From Adineta vaga (lineage: Eukaryota > Animalia > Rotifera), in assembly GCA_021613535.1 (NCBI GenBank), contig CP075492.1, positions 18,414,001-18,478,000 on the forward strand: a stretch of 64,000 nucleotides of DNA, written 5' to 3'. This document shows positions 37,036-49,064 of the stretch, one piece after another. The stretch's first letter is position 1. Every line of letters starts with the position of its first letter. The translations under genes and the position numbers were made by a program. Below the pieces are notes generated by a model. It did no database searches and had not been told where the DNA came from. It was given only the letters and a program-made list of their open reading frames with translations.

Positions 37036-38504
37036 ATGAGCATTGAAGTAATGTACGCAAAATACATATGCATCGTTCTATTCATCTTTTGTTCTCATAT
37101 TGAATCTATTCGTATTGGTACAATTTACAATGTAAGTCTTTTTGGTCAGAAAGATTTACAAATAAATGGAACATCTTGTGATGAATGTGCTTGTCATTTA
37201 GCAAAGAATAATACTTTTGTATCATTTAATTGTCATTTATTGAATAGATCATGTGAGATGTTTACTACATACAATGTATCAATTAATTATCAATTGATTA
37301 GTAATATGAATAGTTTATTTTCTTTTATTCAATTACCATCAATTAGTTCAATAACAATACCATTACAAACTGATAAAACCACGATGGTTACTACAACGAC
37401 AACATCAACATCAACAACGACAACATCAACATCAACAACGACAACATCAACATCAACAACGACAACATCAACATCAACAACATCAACAACGACAACATCA
37501 ACGTCAGCAACGACAACAACAATGACAACAACCACACCGAGTTAGTATCGATATGATATATCTCTCTAAGTTAATTCAATATTTTACCTATCTTATAAGG
37601 TCCATGCTCGTATACAGTTGCTGGTCGATGTAATTCAACTTTGGGCACTGATAGTTTTTCGCTGCAGCAACCAATCGATATTTATCTTAGTCGTAATGAC
37701 AGTATTTTGTTTGTATCGGATTTTGGAAACAATCGTATTCAACAATTCAATTTGCCATCCAACAATGGAATAAATATTCCAGTATCTAACCCCATGGCTG
37801 GAGGTCTCTATTACGATGATTATAGATCTACGTTATACCTAGCTGAAACACAACCAAACAAAGTTATGAGATGGCCATCTGGTCAAACACTGCCATCGAC
37901 TGGATCAACAGCTTGTAATGCAGCTGGTGGCTGGTTTTCACAACCTTACGGTGTTGTCGGTGATCGACTAGGCAATATCTATGTGGCTCATTCAGACTGT
38001 CATACAATTGTTAAATGGGCACCAAATGCTACATCACCTATTCTCATCGCTGGAATGGGCACTTCTGGTAGTTCTTCGCGGCATCTGAATTTTCCTCGAC
38101 ATATGTGCTTAGACGAGAATAATTCTTTCATCTACGTTGCAGATTCAAATAATCATCGAATACAACGCTTTTCAACAGATGGAAGTGGAAACAGGACTGG
38201 TGTGACTGTAGCCGGAGGAAATGGTGCGGGTTCAGGAGCTGATCGCTTGAATACGCCGGCTGGCGTCTTTGTTTCACGGAAAACCGGTTCAATCTATGTG
38301 AGTGATCTAAATAATCATCGAATTCAAAAATGGTTAGTTAATGCAACGTCGGGTTCAACAGTCGCAGGTAATGCGAATGGAGGTTCAGGCAGTAGTACTT
38401 TTACTCTTAATCGACCATATGCAGTTGTTCTCGATCAAAATGAAACTTATATGTACATTGCTGATTTTAGCAACAATCGCGTGCAACGCTACCCAGTCGT
38501 TTAA
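37036..38504 (+). CDS. Secreted NHL-repeat protein: signal peptide, Cys (Apple/PAN-like) domain, Thr/Ser stalk, NHL propeller; intron 37541-37599
   Basis: NHL repeats YVADSNNHRIQRF etc.; in-frame phase-1 splice. Confidence 0.85.
37392..37530 (+). repeat. Coding tandem repeat (21-bp unit ACAACATCAACATCAACAACG) encoding the Thr/Ser stalk
   Basis: Directly visible periodicity. Confidence 0.8.
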
Positions 38505-38612
38505 ATAATAGACGATACTTTATCGAAGAAGGATGAAAATAAGAATCAAAACTTCTTAGCATAATTATTTAGGTAATAAATGAAAAGAAAACAGAGTATT
38601 TCGAATCTTCGA

Positions 38613-38695
38613 TGAGGGCGTGGGTGCGGGTAAGGTTGAAGACAAAAACAACACTCTTGTCTGTACACACACAGACACACACTCACCCTCAAGAT
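38613..38695. repeat. Telomere-like palindromic element between two convergent genes
   Basis: TGAGGGCGTGGGTGCGGGT ... CACACACTCACCCTCAAGAT. Confidence 0.8.
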
Positions 38696-38759
38696 GTGTG
38701 GTAAATGTCAGATAACCTTTGAAAGAATGATTTAATTACTTGATTTTATTAGAACATAA

Positions 38760-40067
38760 TCAAAAACTTAAATATGAGCATACAATACTAATAATTCCAT
38801 AAATTAAAAAATTAAATGATTGATATGTAGAACCTTTATTCGTTGACTTTTCAAAACAATCAAACAGTTCTTTTGTCATATAATTTATTGTGTTTTGAAC
38901 CTGATCTGATTGACTATCATCTCTGACAGTATCTCCATTTGTTAATATAATTATACCCAAATTTCTTTTTTCATTTGCCATCATTATAGTTGATATACCA
39001 GGTACTGATCCATCATGTCCAATTAAACGTCGTCCACCTATCGTTTTCCAAAACCACAGAAGACCATATTTACTGCTTGTCATATTCTTATAACTTGTTT
39101 GTGGTCCAACACGAATAATTTCTTCAAAAGAAGATGAATTCTGTAAAAGTCTTGGAAAATTATTCATAAACGATTGAAAAAATAGGCCCAATGAATGAGC
39201 TGACATTCGTAAATAACCAGCTGGATATCTACTAATACCATAAAAAGGAACATATAACCAATCCGAAGTATTATCAACTCGAGAAACATTTAATTGTGGT
39301 GCCATAGCTTGAAATGTTTGAAGCCATGAGGCATTATAAATATAATGACCAACAAGATTTTGTTTTTGATTTTGAAAATTACTTAATCGATAACCACCAT
39401 TCTCTTTATCAATACCTAAAACTTTTAAGATTTTTTCTTGAACATATTCTTCAAATGATATATTAGCTAAACGTTCAACAATATATGCAGCTAAACTTGC
39501 CCCAACATTTGAATACGAACTTATATTATGACCGGGTGTTATAGGTAACCAACTATCATTATAACTTAGATAATTTTTAAGAACATCACCAAGATTTGTT
39601 TTCGTATATTCATCACCAGGAAGATAGAATTTTAATTCTTCTACAAAATTTACTCCAATACCAGCTGTATGTGTAAGTAAATGTCTTGTAGTAATAATAG
39701 TATTGGGATAAAATGGATGAGTAATTTTTATACGAGGTGATAAATATTTATTTATATCTTCATCAAGATTAAGAAGATTTAATTCAACCATTTGCATAGC
39801 AGCAACAGCAATGAATGTTTTAGAAATTGATGCTAATACGAATATTGATGATGAAGCATCCATTGGTCGACGTTCTTCTGGTATTGGAGGAGATTGATAG
39901 CCAATTCCTTTTTCATACAGAATTTTATCTTGATTAAGAACAATAATTGAAGCACCTGGAATATATGCTTCATCGAGAAGTTGTTGTATTGATGTCGTTG
40001 TAGGAGGACATTGAAATTCTGTTGAACCTGCTTTGATTAAAGCAATAAGAAACAAGAACAGAAACAT
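38760..40067 (-). CDS. Beta-lactamase-like (class C/AmpC-type) serine hydrolase, secreted, probable GPI anchor, intronless
   Basis: SxxK (ASISKT), LLTHTAG, YSN and HDG motifs; N-terminal signal and C-terminal hydrophobic tail. Confidence 0.9.
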   Translation of the reverse strand: MFLFLFLIALIKAGSTEFQCPPTTTSIQQLLDEAYIPGASIIVLNQDKILYEKGIGYQSPPIPEERRPMDASSSIFVLASISKTFIAVAAMQMVELNLLNLDEDINKYLSPRIKITHPFYPNTIITTRHLLTHTAGIGVNFVEELKFYLPGDEYTKTNLGDVLKNYLSYNDSWLPITPGHNISSYSNVGASLAAYIVERLANISFEEYVQEKILKVLGIDKENGGYRLSNFQNQKQNLVGHYIYNASWLQTFQAMAPQLNVSRVDNTSDWLYVPFYGISRYPAGYLRMSAHSLGLFFQSFMNNFPRLLQNSSSFEEIIRVGPQTSYKNMTSSKYGLLWFWKTIGGRRLIGHDGSVPGISTIMMANEKRNLGIIILTNGDTVRDDSQSDQVQNTINYMTKELFDCFEKSTNKGSTYQSFNFLIYGIISIVCSYLSF

Positions 40068-40907
40068 GTTTTCTATTGAATTTCCTTTTTTTCCATTTAT
40101 ATATATATGTCACTCACAGAATTAGTAATATCTGTTTAGATAAAATACAAAATAACCTTCACTCTAGTTACTTTTCTTTATCTTTACAAAGCGATTATAT
40201 GTCGAACAGAAAGCAAGAATTTGTTTAGCAAATACAACTTAACGTCATGCAACGATATGATTCATTTCAAGTCTCATCTAAAAAAAACTTTACAAAATGA
40301 GAACATGAAATCAAAAATAAATATATTTCATTTCACATATAAGTTGATATGATTCATCACCAGAAATTTGAGATTATGAATCAATGTCATGCGTTTCATA
40401 GTGTTCTAGATATAGAATTCTTCTAAACACGATAATTATATTAAACATCATGGCACAAATTGGAAATGTAACTAATCAGTGAAATAAGGGTACTTTAAGA
40501 CTACCTCGTTCAACAAACAGTCATTTTATCGGAAATACTAGAATTTATTTTTTATTTCATTTGATGTATTTTTCGTCATGAAAGTTACTACTCGAAAATA
40601 AGCATTCAAAAAAACAAAAGTATTTTTCGTTGTTTCTCAGTTTCTAATTTTTCAATCTTTTGTCCAAAATTTCTCGGAGAGTGTAAATGACCTGTTTGGA
40701 ATAGTTATATCAGGAACTTTCAACGATTATTATGTTCGCTGCAGTCAGTCCAACAAATACTTAGACACTTACAATAATCTTTTTCTCTCTATTAACTGGT
40801 TTCATTTTCGCTACATTCGAATCACAGAAAACTTTTTCTAATACGTTAGTATTGTAATGAAGAGACTGGTAAAGTTTTCACCCTTGATTGTTAGTGTGTA
40901 TGTTGAT

Positions 40908-40975
40908 AGGATGTGGATGTGGATGACGATGAGTGTTAAGAGTATAGCCTCATGCCTATCCACCCACACCCTTAT
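40908..40975. repeat. Telomere-like palindromic element, degenerate
   Basis: AGGATGTGGATGTGGATG ... ATCCACCCACACCCTTA. Confidence 0.6.
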
Positions 40976-41199
40976 GTACTGAAATTTTTATTGTATATTT
41001 CTGATTAGTTAGCGTGTATTACAGAGAAAAAGAAAATTCAGTAATTAAATAGATTTCATGGAAAAAATAGTTTATCATCTTTTTTACACTATTAACTAAT
41101 CGATACTATTAATTTGTGAATGAGATACGTTGAAAAGCAATAAAATGATGGATTCAATGTCTAATCAAATTCCCCTTGCAATATCTATTCATCACCCAT

Positions 41200-43677
41200 C
41201 TACATCTTATACGGTATAGACATTCTCATATGTACTGGTAAATCCTTCGCTTTTGATAATTCTTGTTTCATCATATTTCCATCATTATCAGATACCAAGG
41301 ATATTATCGATGGAGAAAAGTAAGCATCCTTTGCAATACCCTTGTCTACTTGTGATTGCATTATCTGTAAATGAACATGATCTGCTGCCGATGTATCATT
41401 TTCCATTAGCGATATAAATGTTACCCTGTCATCTTCACTTTTTTCTATCTGTATGATTTGAAATGATGAGAATGGAGCGTATAGGACTTCTTCTTCTGAT
41501 GGCATAACTGTGACGTTGCTTATATGCAGGTCAGCATTCGTATAACGACCAAGCCTCCGCTGATGTTTATCGGACAAAGTGTGAATAATGAAAATCACAT
41601 TTGTTCCAAGAAAAGATACAAACTCGAAAGACTTCGTGGTTGACATAAAACCGAGAAATCGAATATTAGCACCAACTCTATATTCCTCTATTTCATCGGC
41701 AGTCATCTGAACACCTCTATATACAGTACCAGCATAGAATGGGATTAGCATTTGTGCAAATGCTGAGATGCACAAGTGAATGTAATCGCGAAGGTAATAA
41801 ATAGATTCCTCATGAATATTTGCTAACGCTAAGTTCACATCCCTATATAAAAATGTTTCTTCAGTAAAAGCACGAATCGCATATAATGAATTCATTCCAT
41901 CCGGTATCACACTATATGAAGGACAAAGCCATTTTATTAATCTGTTTTGTATATGTTCAATAGGCCGATTGTTACACTTCGCATGGTACATGATACCTAT
42001 ATGAAATAATATGAATATAAGATTAATCTAAATATATATTAAACATGAGTGTATCAAGTCTAAGTCTACAAGATGAGCTTTTTATATTCTTATTATTACG
42101 TGTTAGAATCAAATGAAAATATCTCTATATGTGACTTACCTAGAAAGAGACGGACGTTTACGGCATCGATCCAGTCATTTTCTATTGTAAGTAATTTCGA
42201 GAATAGCTCAGCTAAATTACTCATTTGAAGGCTCTGAACAAATTGAGGTTTTAAAGCGGCAATAAAACGAGCCTGACGTGGTTGTAGTTTGCTGCCGTCG
42301 AAACGAATCGTTTTATCAGATAAAGGATCGTCACTTTCCGGTATCACTATTGAAAATGGTAATTTAGTTCGCAATATTCGATTCATCACACGTAACAAAT
42401 CAGATTTATCAAGAGCCAAAAACTTCGACATCGAATTTTGCACGTGAGTGAGAGGATCACCACTACAAAATCTAAGTATTTTTTCTTCGTCAGCGGCAAC
42501 ACCACCCCATACCTCAAAACAAAATAAAACGATCAATCATAGGAAAAACTGAGCATTAGGAAATATAGTTACATACTCTGACAGGATCATCTATAGCCCA
42601 CCGTAATTGGTCGTCATATACAGGCGCATATATGACAGTAGAAACACAGAAATATAAAGATATCATTTTTTCTGCTCGAAGTAGAGTGAATTTTTTTGCC
42701 ATATTCTTGTCAATGACAGCACGCCAGCATGTAAATGGTAACGAGCTAAGTGTTTCATATGCTTGTTGAATGTTATGTTTAATTTCGAGGTGCATTTATG
42801 GAAAGACAGCTAACTTTTGCGTAAGTTTTTCAAAGTGATGAGAGATATCTAGGTCCTCATCGTACAGAATTAGTACGTGTTGAGTGGTTGTGGCTGTTGT
42901 AGGAGTATCCTCAGCGTACCATTCTTCCACATACTTTTGAGTATTGGCACTGGCGTCATTCGTTTCGAATTACTTGGTGTGAAAAGTTCCTTTGTTCTGA
43001 AATAAATTAACTTATAGCATCAAAAAAAGTCTCGATAACGGTTAACTCAAAAGGATTGCCATACAGAAGGTGAGCGAAAGTGAAGAACTGGCATTTACTT
43101 TCATGTTCATCAATATTCATACCTTTATTCTTATCTGGAAAGATACGCTTTACAGAAAGATCTTATGTCAAGCAAAAGAAACACACCATTGATGTTTAAG
43201 CTGCTGATGTAGTAGTTCGAATGTTCTAAAGGGCTAAGCATCAAACTTCTTTTAGAGTAATTTACTTGACTTCGTCAATATCTTCAAATAACATTACTAA
43301 TAATAGCTTTTCATCATCAAAAATACCAGATAACTTTTCAAATTGTGCAGAATTCCATATTGGATATGCATGCGAATTTTGACAATAAATATAGATTTTC
43401 TTTATTTGTTTAATATCGTGTATCAGTTGCACCAAAGTTTCCCCAAATATATCTGATACGATCAAAAAGATATTGTCATCTTTACATGATGATATGTAAT
43501 TAATACACACATCCACGTCATCGAAAACGTCCATTTTTTCCACTCGATTTTGTATGCGTTATATAAAATCTTCATCAAACACATCATTTGATCGATCCAT
43601 GAGCCAAACTACAAAACTATAGATCTTCCTTTCAAGTTTTGGATAAAATTGAGACAAAATCGATCCTTCAGCATTCA
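41200..43677 (-). pseudogene. Multi-exon ART-domain gene with in-frame stops in the 5' region; catalytic exon 41200-~41997 intact
   Basis: TVYRGV, GFMSTT, SEEEVL (R-S-E); 5' exon IFLIVSDIFG...IYIYC matches the N-terminal domain of the other ART genes; TAA stops near 43560 and 43262. Confidence 0.65.
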
Positions 43678-44930
43678 TTTCTGATCGTATCTGAAATATT
43701 TTAGGATATTTCCAATAATTGTAAATGGTACATATAACGAAAATATTCGACTCTAATGAATCAGCATCGTATTAAAAGGTGGAGAAAGTGCATTACTGAG
43801 AATATTAGGAAAAAAAACATATTGAAAAACTTAAATGACATTATTTCAACATATCTATGTTTGACAAAATTCATTCAAAATATCTGAGAAAAATAAGTTT
43901 ATATACATTTTGTGGACGTATTAATTATTATAATGAATATATAAACTTATTTCTGTGAACAAGAAGAACTTCGACTCTATATAAAGATAGTAATTAAGAC
44001 ATATGAATGCATGTTTTATTAGCTTTGTAACAGAATGTAAAATCACTCTCAAACCAAAATAGTTAGCTTAACTTAAAATGAATACTAGAGTGACAATAGA
44101 GACTTCTTTCGATAGGCGCTGATTAATTTAGTTGTTGTATACAAAAATAAGTAGATACTTTGAAACAAAAAGTTAGTTGGCAAAAGAGTAAATAGCAACC
44201 GACGAGTTATCCTGTAATTTGAGGGCCACAGAATTATTCTGAAACAAAAGATTTTCTGATTTAAATAGAAATTTTCAAAATCTACAGTATATGTGTAATT
44301 GATTGATAATTGTCAAACATTATTCATACGTCAAAATAGTTTAACCGTGAAATAGGTTTTTAGTGAAAGTTTCTTGGATATATCTCATTGGAACGAATTA
44401 TATACTATTTTTTCAAAGATTGGACTGAAATATCAAAGACACGATTTAAACTTATGTACTCTAGCAAAGAAAAGTTAAATTGATTTTGAACTGTAACAAA
44501 AAAGAAAAATAGATAGTTATTTGACGACATTCACCTTTGTGCTATTAAATATGACAGTATATATATCAAAGGAATTTAGCTGTGCAATATGACTTATCGA
44601 AACAGACGTATCAACCATTATGCTTTCTATTTCTGTTAACGAAGCCTCCATAAGTGTTAGACTAAGAAAAGTTTTTTTTTTATTAGAGAACATTGTTCAA
44701 AAGTTTCTAAAGTATAATCCTTTTCTTACTATTTCATTGGCAGAGAAGATCAAATGTACTAAATGATGTCGCTACAAGGTCACCATCTTACCACATGTAA
44801 GCGAATTAATCTATGAAGTTGATTTTTATGGAGTAAAGTCAGAATACCATTACTCTGGATATCCAGAATAAAAATGCCCGTGAAAAAAACAATGATCTTT
44901 GAATTGCGCGAGGTTTTATCAAAAAGAGAT

Positions 44931-45179
44931 GATTGAAAAAATGGGCTCAATGAAGGAACTGACATTCATAAATAACTAGCTGGATACCTATAATCTACTT
45001 GAGAAACATTTAATTCTGGTGCCATAGCTTGAAATGTTTGAAGCCATGAAGCATTATAAATATAATGACCAACAAGATTTTGTTTTTTATTTTGAAAATT
45101 ACTTAATCGATACCTAAGACCTTTAAGATTTTTTCTTGAACATATTCTTCAAATAATATATTATTTAAATGTTCAACAA
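44931..45179 (-). pseudogene. Internally deleted duplicate fragment of the beta-lactamase-like gene
   Basis: Near-identical to 39172-39481 (e.g. GCCATAGCTTGAAATGTTTGAAGCCATG) with two internal deletions. Confidence 0.85.
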
Positions 45180-45185
45180 CAGATC

Positions 45186-45236
45186 AGCAGTGTCACATAT
45201 CCAGCAGATCAGAGATGCAGGATATGTGACACAGCT
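45186..45236. repeat. Second hairpin family, copy 2
   Basis: Perfect 13-bp inverted repeat GTGTCACATATCC (45190-45202) / GGATATGTGACAC (45220-45232). Confidence 0.75.
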
Positions 45237-45270
45237 CACAAAAATTGAGTAAAATAAAACTATTTAATGT

Positions 45271-46315
45271 TCATTGATGCAATACAAGTGAAATGTTATC
45301 GACGCTTCCATGATTCCAATTACCGACAGAACGATTAATTGTAACGAACACTACTATCGAACGAGTTCCAACAGGTAAGAATCCGTTAGTTTGTCGAAAG
45401 ACTAATTTTGATATGTTCGATCGATTTGTTGCAAGTATTGGTCCAATACTAGTACAATTGCCAACTATTTGATTATTTGAATCAATAAATGTTAACGAAA
45501 CTTCAGCATTATCATTTTGATTATCATAGCCTCCTAACCATGCAGAAAGATTAAATTGTACAGTTTGATTATCAATAAGAATAGAATGTATTTTATTGGT
45601 CAAATCAATCGTTTGCCACATCGATGTAGATCCTGATAATTGACCATAGAAGTAACAATTACCACGATCACTTAATAAATAGAAAATTTTAGAAGAAATT
45701 TTAAAAAAACTAAGATTTATCGTACTTTGGTCCTGGAACTGTAGAAGCTAGACAACCACCAGTAGGATTGTTATAAATTATTTGAGTAATTGGTCCACTG
45801 AAACTCCATCCGGTTGGACTAGTGGCACCATCGGTTGTTTGACAAGAACCTGTTTCTGCGTCACCGTTTATTACCAAATTGATATCAAAAGCTGAATAAA
45901 AATACTTCAAAAAGAGATATTTGACTATTTTTGTTTCTTTTTACCTGCAGTTGTAGTTATAGTTGTAGTTGTACTCGTACCGGTTGATGTTGAAGTCGAG
46001 ATTGATGTCGAGGAAGTCGTTGTAAACGTTGTAGTTGAACCTAAAAAGTTATTTTTTGTTAAGTTTACTTTAATTTTGTTAAGTATGATAATATTCGCTA
46101 CCTGGTCTAAGTAAATATAATGTGAGAAGTGTTGCGAATGCTATACCAACAAGTAATGCCGCAATCGTCAGTCCAATTAGAAATGGTTTCGAGCAACAAA
46201 CACAATTTCTGTAAGATTTTAATGAAAATTTGTTTGTTTTATATCGAAAAATAAGACTTAGTATCTTACTTGGACACTATATCGTAGCATGATGTTTTGC
46301 TGTTTTGACGTTCAT
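45271..46315 (-). CDS. Type II membrane protein: TM, Thr/Ser stalk, carbohydrate-binding-like beta-sandwich; five exons
   Basis: NLVINGDAETG...PTGW...QTIDL...LSAWLGGY...LPVGTRS...DNISL across spliced exons. Confidence 0.7.
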
Positions 46316-46664
46316 TGTCGTGTTTATTTTGCTCAGAATAATTCGATTCTACTTCTAACATGATATGTCGAGGGTGTTTCATTGTTTAATAATCGTATGA
46401 AATAATGAAAGAAAGTAATCGTATATATAATTTCGTATAAAAGAAAAACATGGGTCATTCTAGATCACGAAATTAGCATTTTAATAAATTTCACAAATAA
46501 CTTGAAGGAATTCATTCTTGTTTTCTTTCCTCACAATTGTCACCACATAATGATCTGAAATTCAATGTCCTTAAAAAAGTTTCTCTTTTTCAATTATATT
46601 ACAAAAAAAATATCTTAAGGTTACTCTATATTCTTCTCATGATGAAAGTTTTGAAATGTCATTA

Positions 46665-46714
46665 TTGAGGGTGTGGGTGTCAATACGCTCTCAGTCCCTA
46701 CCCACATCCTCAAG
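46665..46714. repeat. Telomere-like palindromic element
   Basis: TTGAGGGTGTGGGTGT ... TACCCACATCCTCAAG. Confidence 0.85.
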
Positions 46715-47328
46715 CAGAAAGATCGACAGTGTTTGTTTTAACTTTAAAAATCAAAGAAATATTGATATAATTCATATTGAAAGTGTTTTTTTTCCATGGA
46801 AAAACATTTTGTGCGAGGTATAATCGCATATATATATAAAAGAAAATCTATTCCTATTGCATGGGAGAATTTTAGCTTCAGTTTCGTAATTTATTTTCGA
46901 AACGGTATCATACAGTTGAATGTGCATATATATATATATTCAAATTCGAATGAGATAGCTCATTAACATCTCGATTTTATTGAATATTATCAGAAGTAGC
47001 CATTTGACTTAATTGTGACTAAGGTATTCTTTATGTCCACATTTTCCAAAATCTGCTAAATCCTGAGGTATAGTTTACGTTTACAGAATTATTATGATAC
47101 CATTTTAATCATATTTTTACTCGACCTGTTTCTCTTACTAATCGTGGCAATGACTCATGATCATACGATATCACCATTGAAAGAAACGACGCATATGCAA
47201 AATGACACAATGATGGTGAAATAACACCTTTTAACAAAATTACTTTTTATTCTCGCCTTGCACAACTATTTCTTTTAGAGAAAACTTGTTTTTTTTATAT
47301 TGAATATTTATTGAGTAATAACAAATGG

Positions 47329-48566
47329 ATGACGGATAATTCGTTCATGGGTAACAAAAATTCGCCTAGTAATAGTTCTAAAGATTCTCAACAACGAGAT
47401 CTTTCCAATGCTGGTAAACAAGATCATACAATAATTGCAGATAAAACTGCAGCAGCGATTGCAACATCAAATGATTCTTCTCAATCAGAAGAGAGAAAAC
47501 TTCCAAACAAACCTAAAGTTGATCGGCCACCAATAGATCGTATGGGAGGTTCATGTCGAATGTTTTTTCCTACTTCAGGTCATATGGGATTTGAATTAAT
47601 CAAAACATCGGATGAATATCCTCCAATTGAGATTTTACGCGATATGATTGCGTATGAAACACGTATTCGATTATCTGAACCTCTTCAAGAGCTCATGGAT
47701 GAATATTATCAAGATGAAGATGCAGTTACGTAAGTTATTTTACTTCCTACTACTTATTATTTCAATTGATTTAATTCCGTTATATTAAAGATTTGTACAC
47801 GATTTAATTCAACAACATGTTGTTGAATTCTTTGGATATCATGATGTAAATGCATTACGCACGGCTGTTTATCGTTTTCCGGATGATCCTGCAATAAAAT
47901 CAGCTTTTTACGGTAATTATAATTCTCATATTTCACACATAATCATTATCTAATTTTAGTTAAACATAATAAAATCACACAAGGTCTAATCAATCAATAT
48001 GATTCTATTCGTGATGTTGAATTGTGCACCTTAGATGGTCATTCGACCAATTTCTTCTCGCATATTCCTACTGCCCAGCCATTAGTCTTATTGGCTGGCT
48101 CAACTAGCTGACCTCCATTTCGGGCGTCTGCTGAGCGAATGAAGTACGTATTTTCTTTTATATAAATGATAAACAAAATGTTTCTAATTGATATATCATA
48201 TATAGTGCGCTTTTTCGCTCGCATGCTCCCAAAGGAATTAGTTTCTTGGTGATTTATATTGCTGAAGCTCATGCTCGTGATCAATGGCCCATTGGTAAGA
48301 ACATTTCCTGTGTGGATCAACCGACAAGCATTGAACAACGTCTAGAAAACGCACAAGATTGTAAGAAAAATTGTCAATTCGAAATGCCTATGCTCGTCGA
48401 CACTATGAATAATACATTTCATCTCACGTATGGATCATGGCCATTTCGTTTCTATATTATTCATGGTGGGAAATTAGTTTTGAAAGCTGAACCACATAAA
48501 GAAAATTTTCGTTATGATATCGATCAGCTCGATCAATGGATTGCTAACTTCAACTTAAATGCTTAA
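47329..48566 (+). CDS. Iodothyronine deiodinase-like selenoprotein; exons 47329-47729, 47791-47912, 47960-48143, 48206-48566; Sec TGA at 48109-48111
   Basis: PLVLLAGSTS-U-PPF matches the deiodinase GSCTUPPF active site; YIAEAHARDQW; YGSWPFRFY; SECIS downstream. Confidence 0.88.
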
Positions 48567-48637
48567 ATATGTTCAATACATTTCGTTTTTACTCTATTTA
48601 TTACGGTATTCATCGACATGATATATAAAGATTCGAT

Positions 48638-48729
48638 GAGAAATTTCAACATTGAAATAATGACGACTATGAAATGCAATCACTTGATGTGAATGTTCAT
48701 AGTTTGATGAAGAATATGTTGAATTTCTC
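48638..48729 (+). promoter_or_regulatory. Eukaryotic type II SECIS element
   Basis: Helix I TTCAACAT/ATGTTGAA; core ATGA(48660-63)/TGAT(48705-08); helix II GACTATGAA/TTCATAGTT; unpaired AA; mini-stem TCAC/GTGA. Confidence 0.85.
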
Positions 48730-48804
48730 GAAGAATTTAGCGCATAATTATATCATATCGATGTATATTGAGTAAATAGAGAAATGATTTTCTTGAATAA
48801 AAAT
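48690..48804 (+). repeat. 115-bp direct repeat, left copy (right copy 50875-50989)
   Basis: 3 mismatches between copies by eye. Confidence 0.9.
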
Positions 48805-48970
48805 GGGTGTGGGTGTGAGTGAGAAGATATCAGATTGAATATCACCCACACCGTCAATTATATAAAAGATAAAATAGATATTAAGAAATATTCCACTGGG
48901 GAAATACTTTTGAGAATGTGGGTATGAATTATAGAGTAAATACTCATGCCATCACTCACAATCCTCTCGA
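48805..48970. repeat. Two telomere-like palindromic elements (48805-48857, left arm truncated; 48909-48970, degenerate)
   Basis: GGGTGTGGGTGTGAGTG...CACCCACACCGTCAA; TTGAGAATGTGGGTATG... Confidence 0.7.
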
Positions 48971-49064
48971 ATGCCACTGTGGAATTAACCAACGTTTTCT
49001 TTTCTTATATAAACAAAATGAAAAAATACATTTCTTTTACAGTTTTAAAATATTCTTCATCAGA

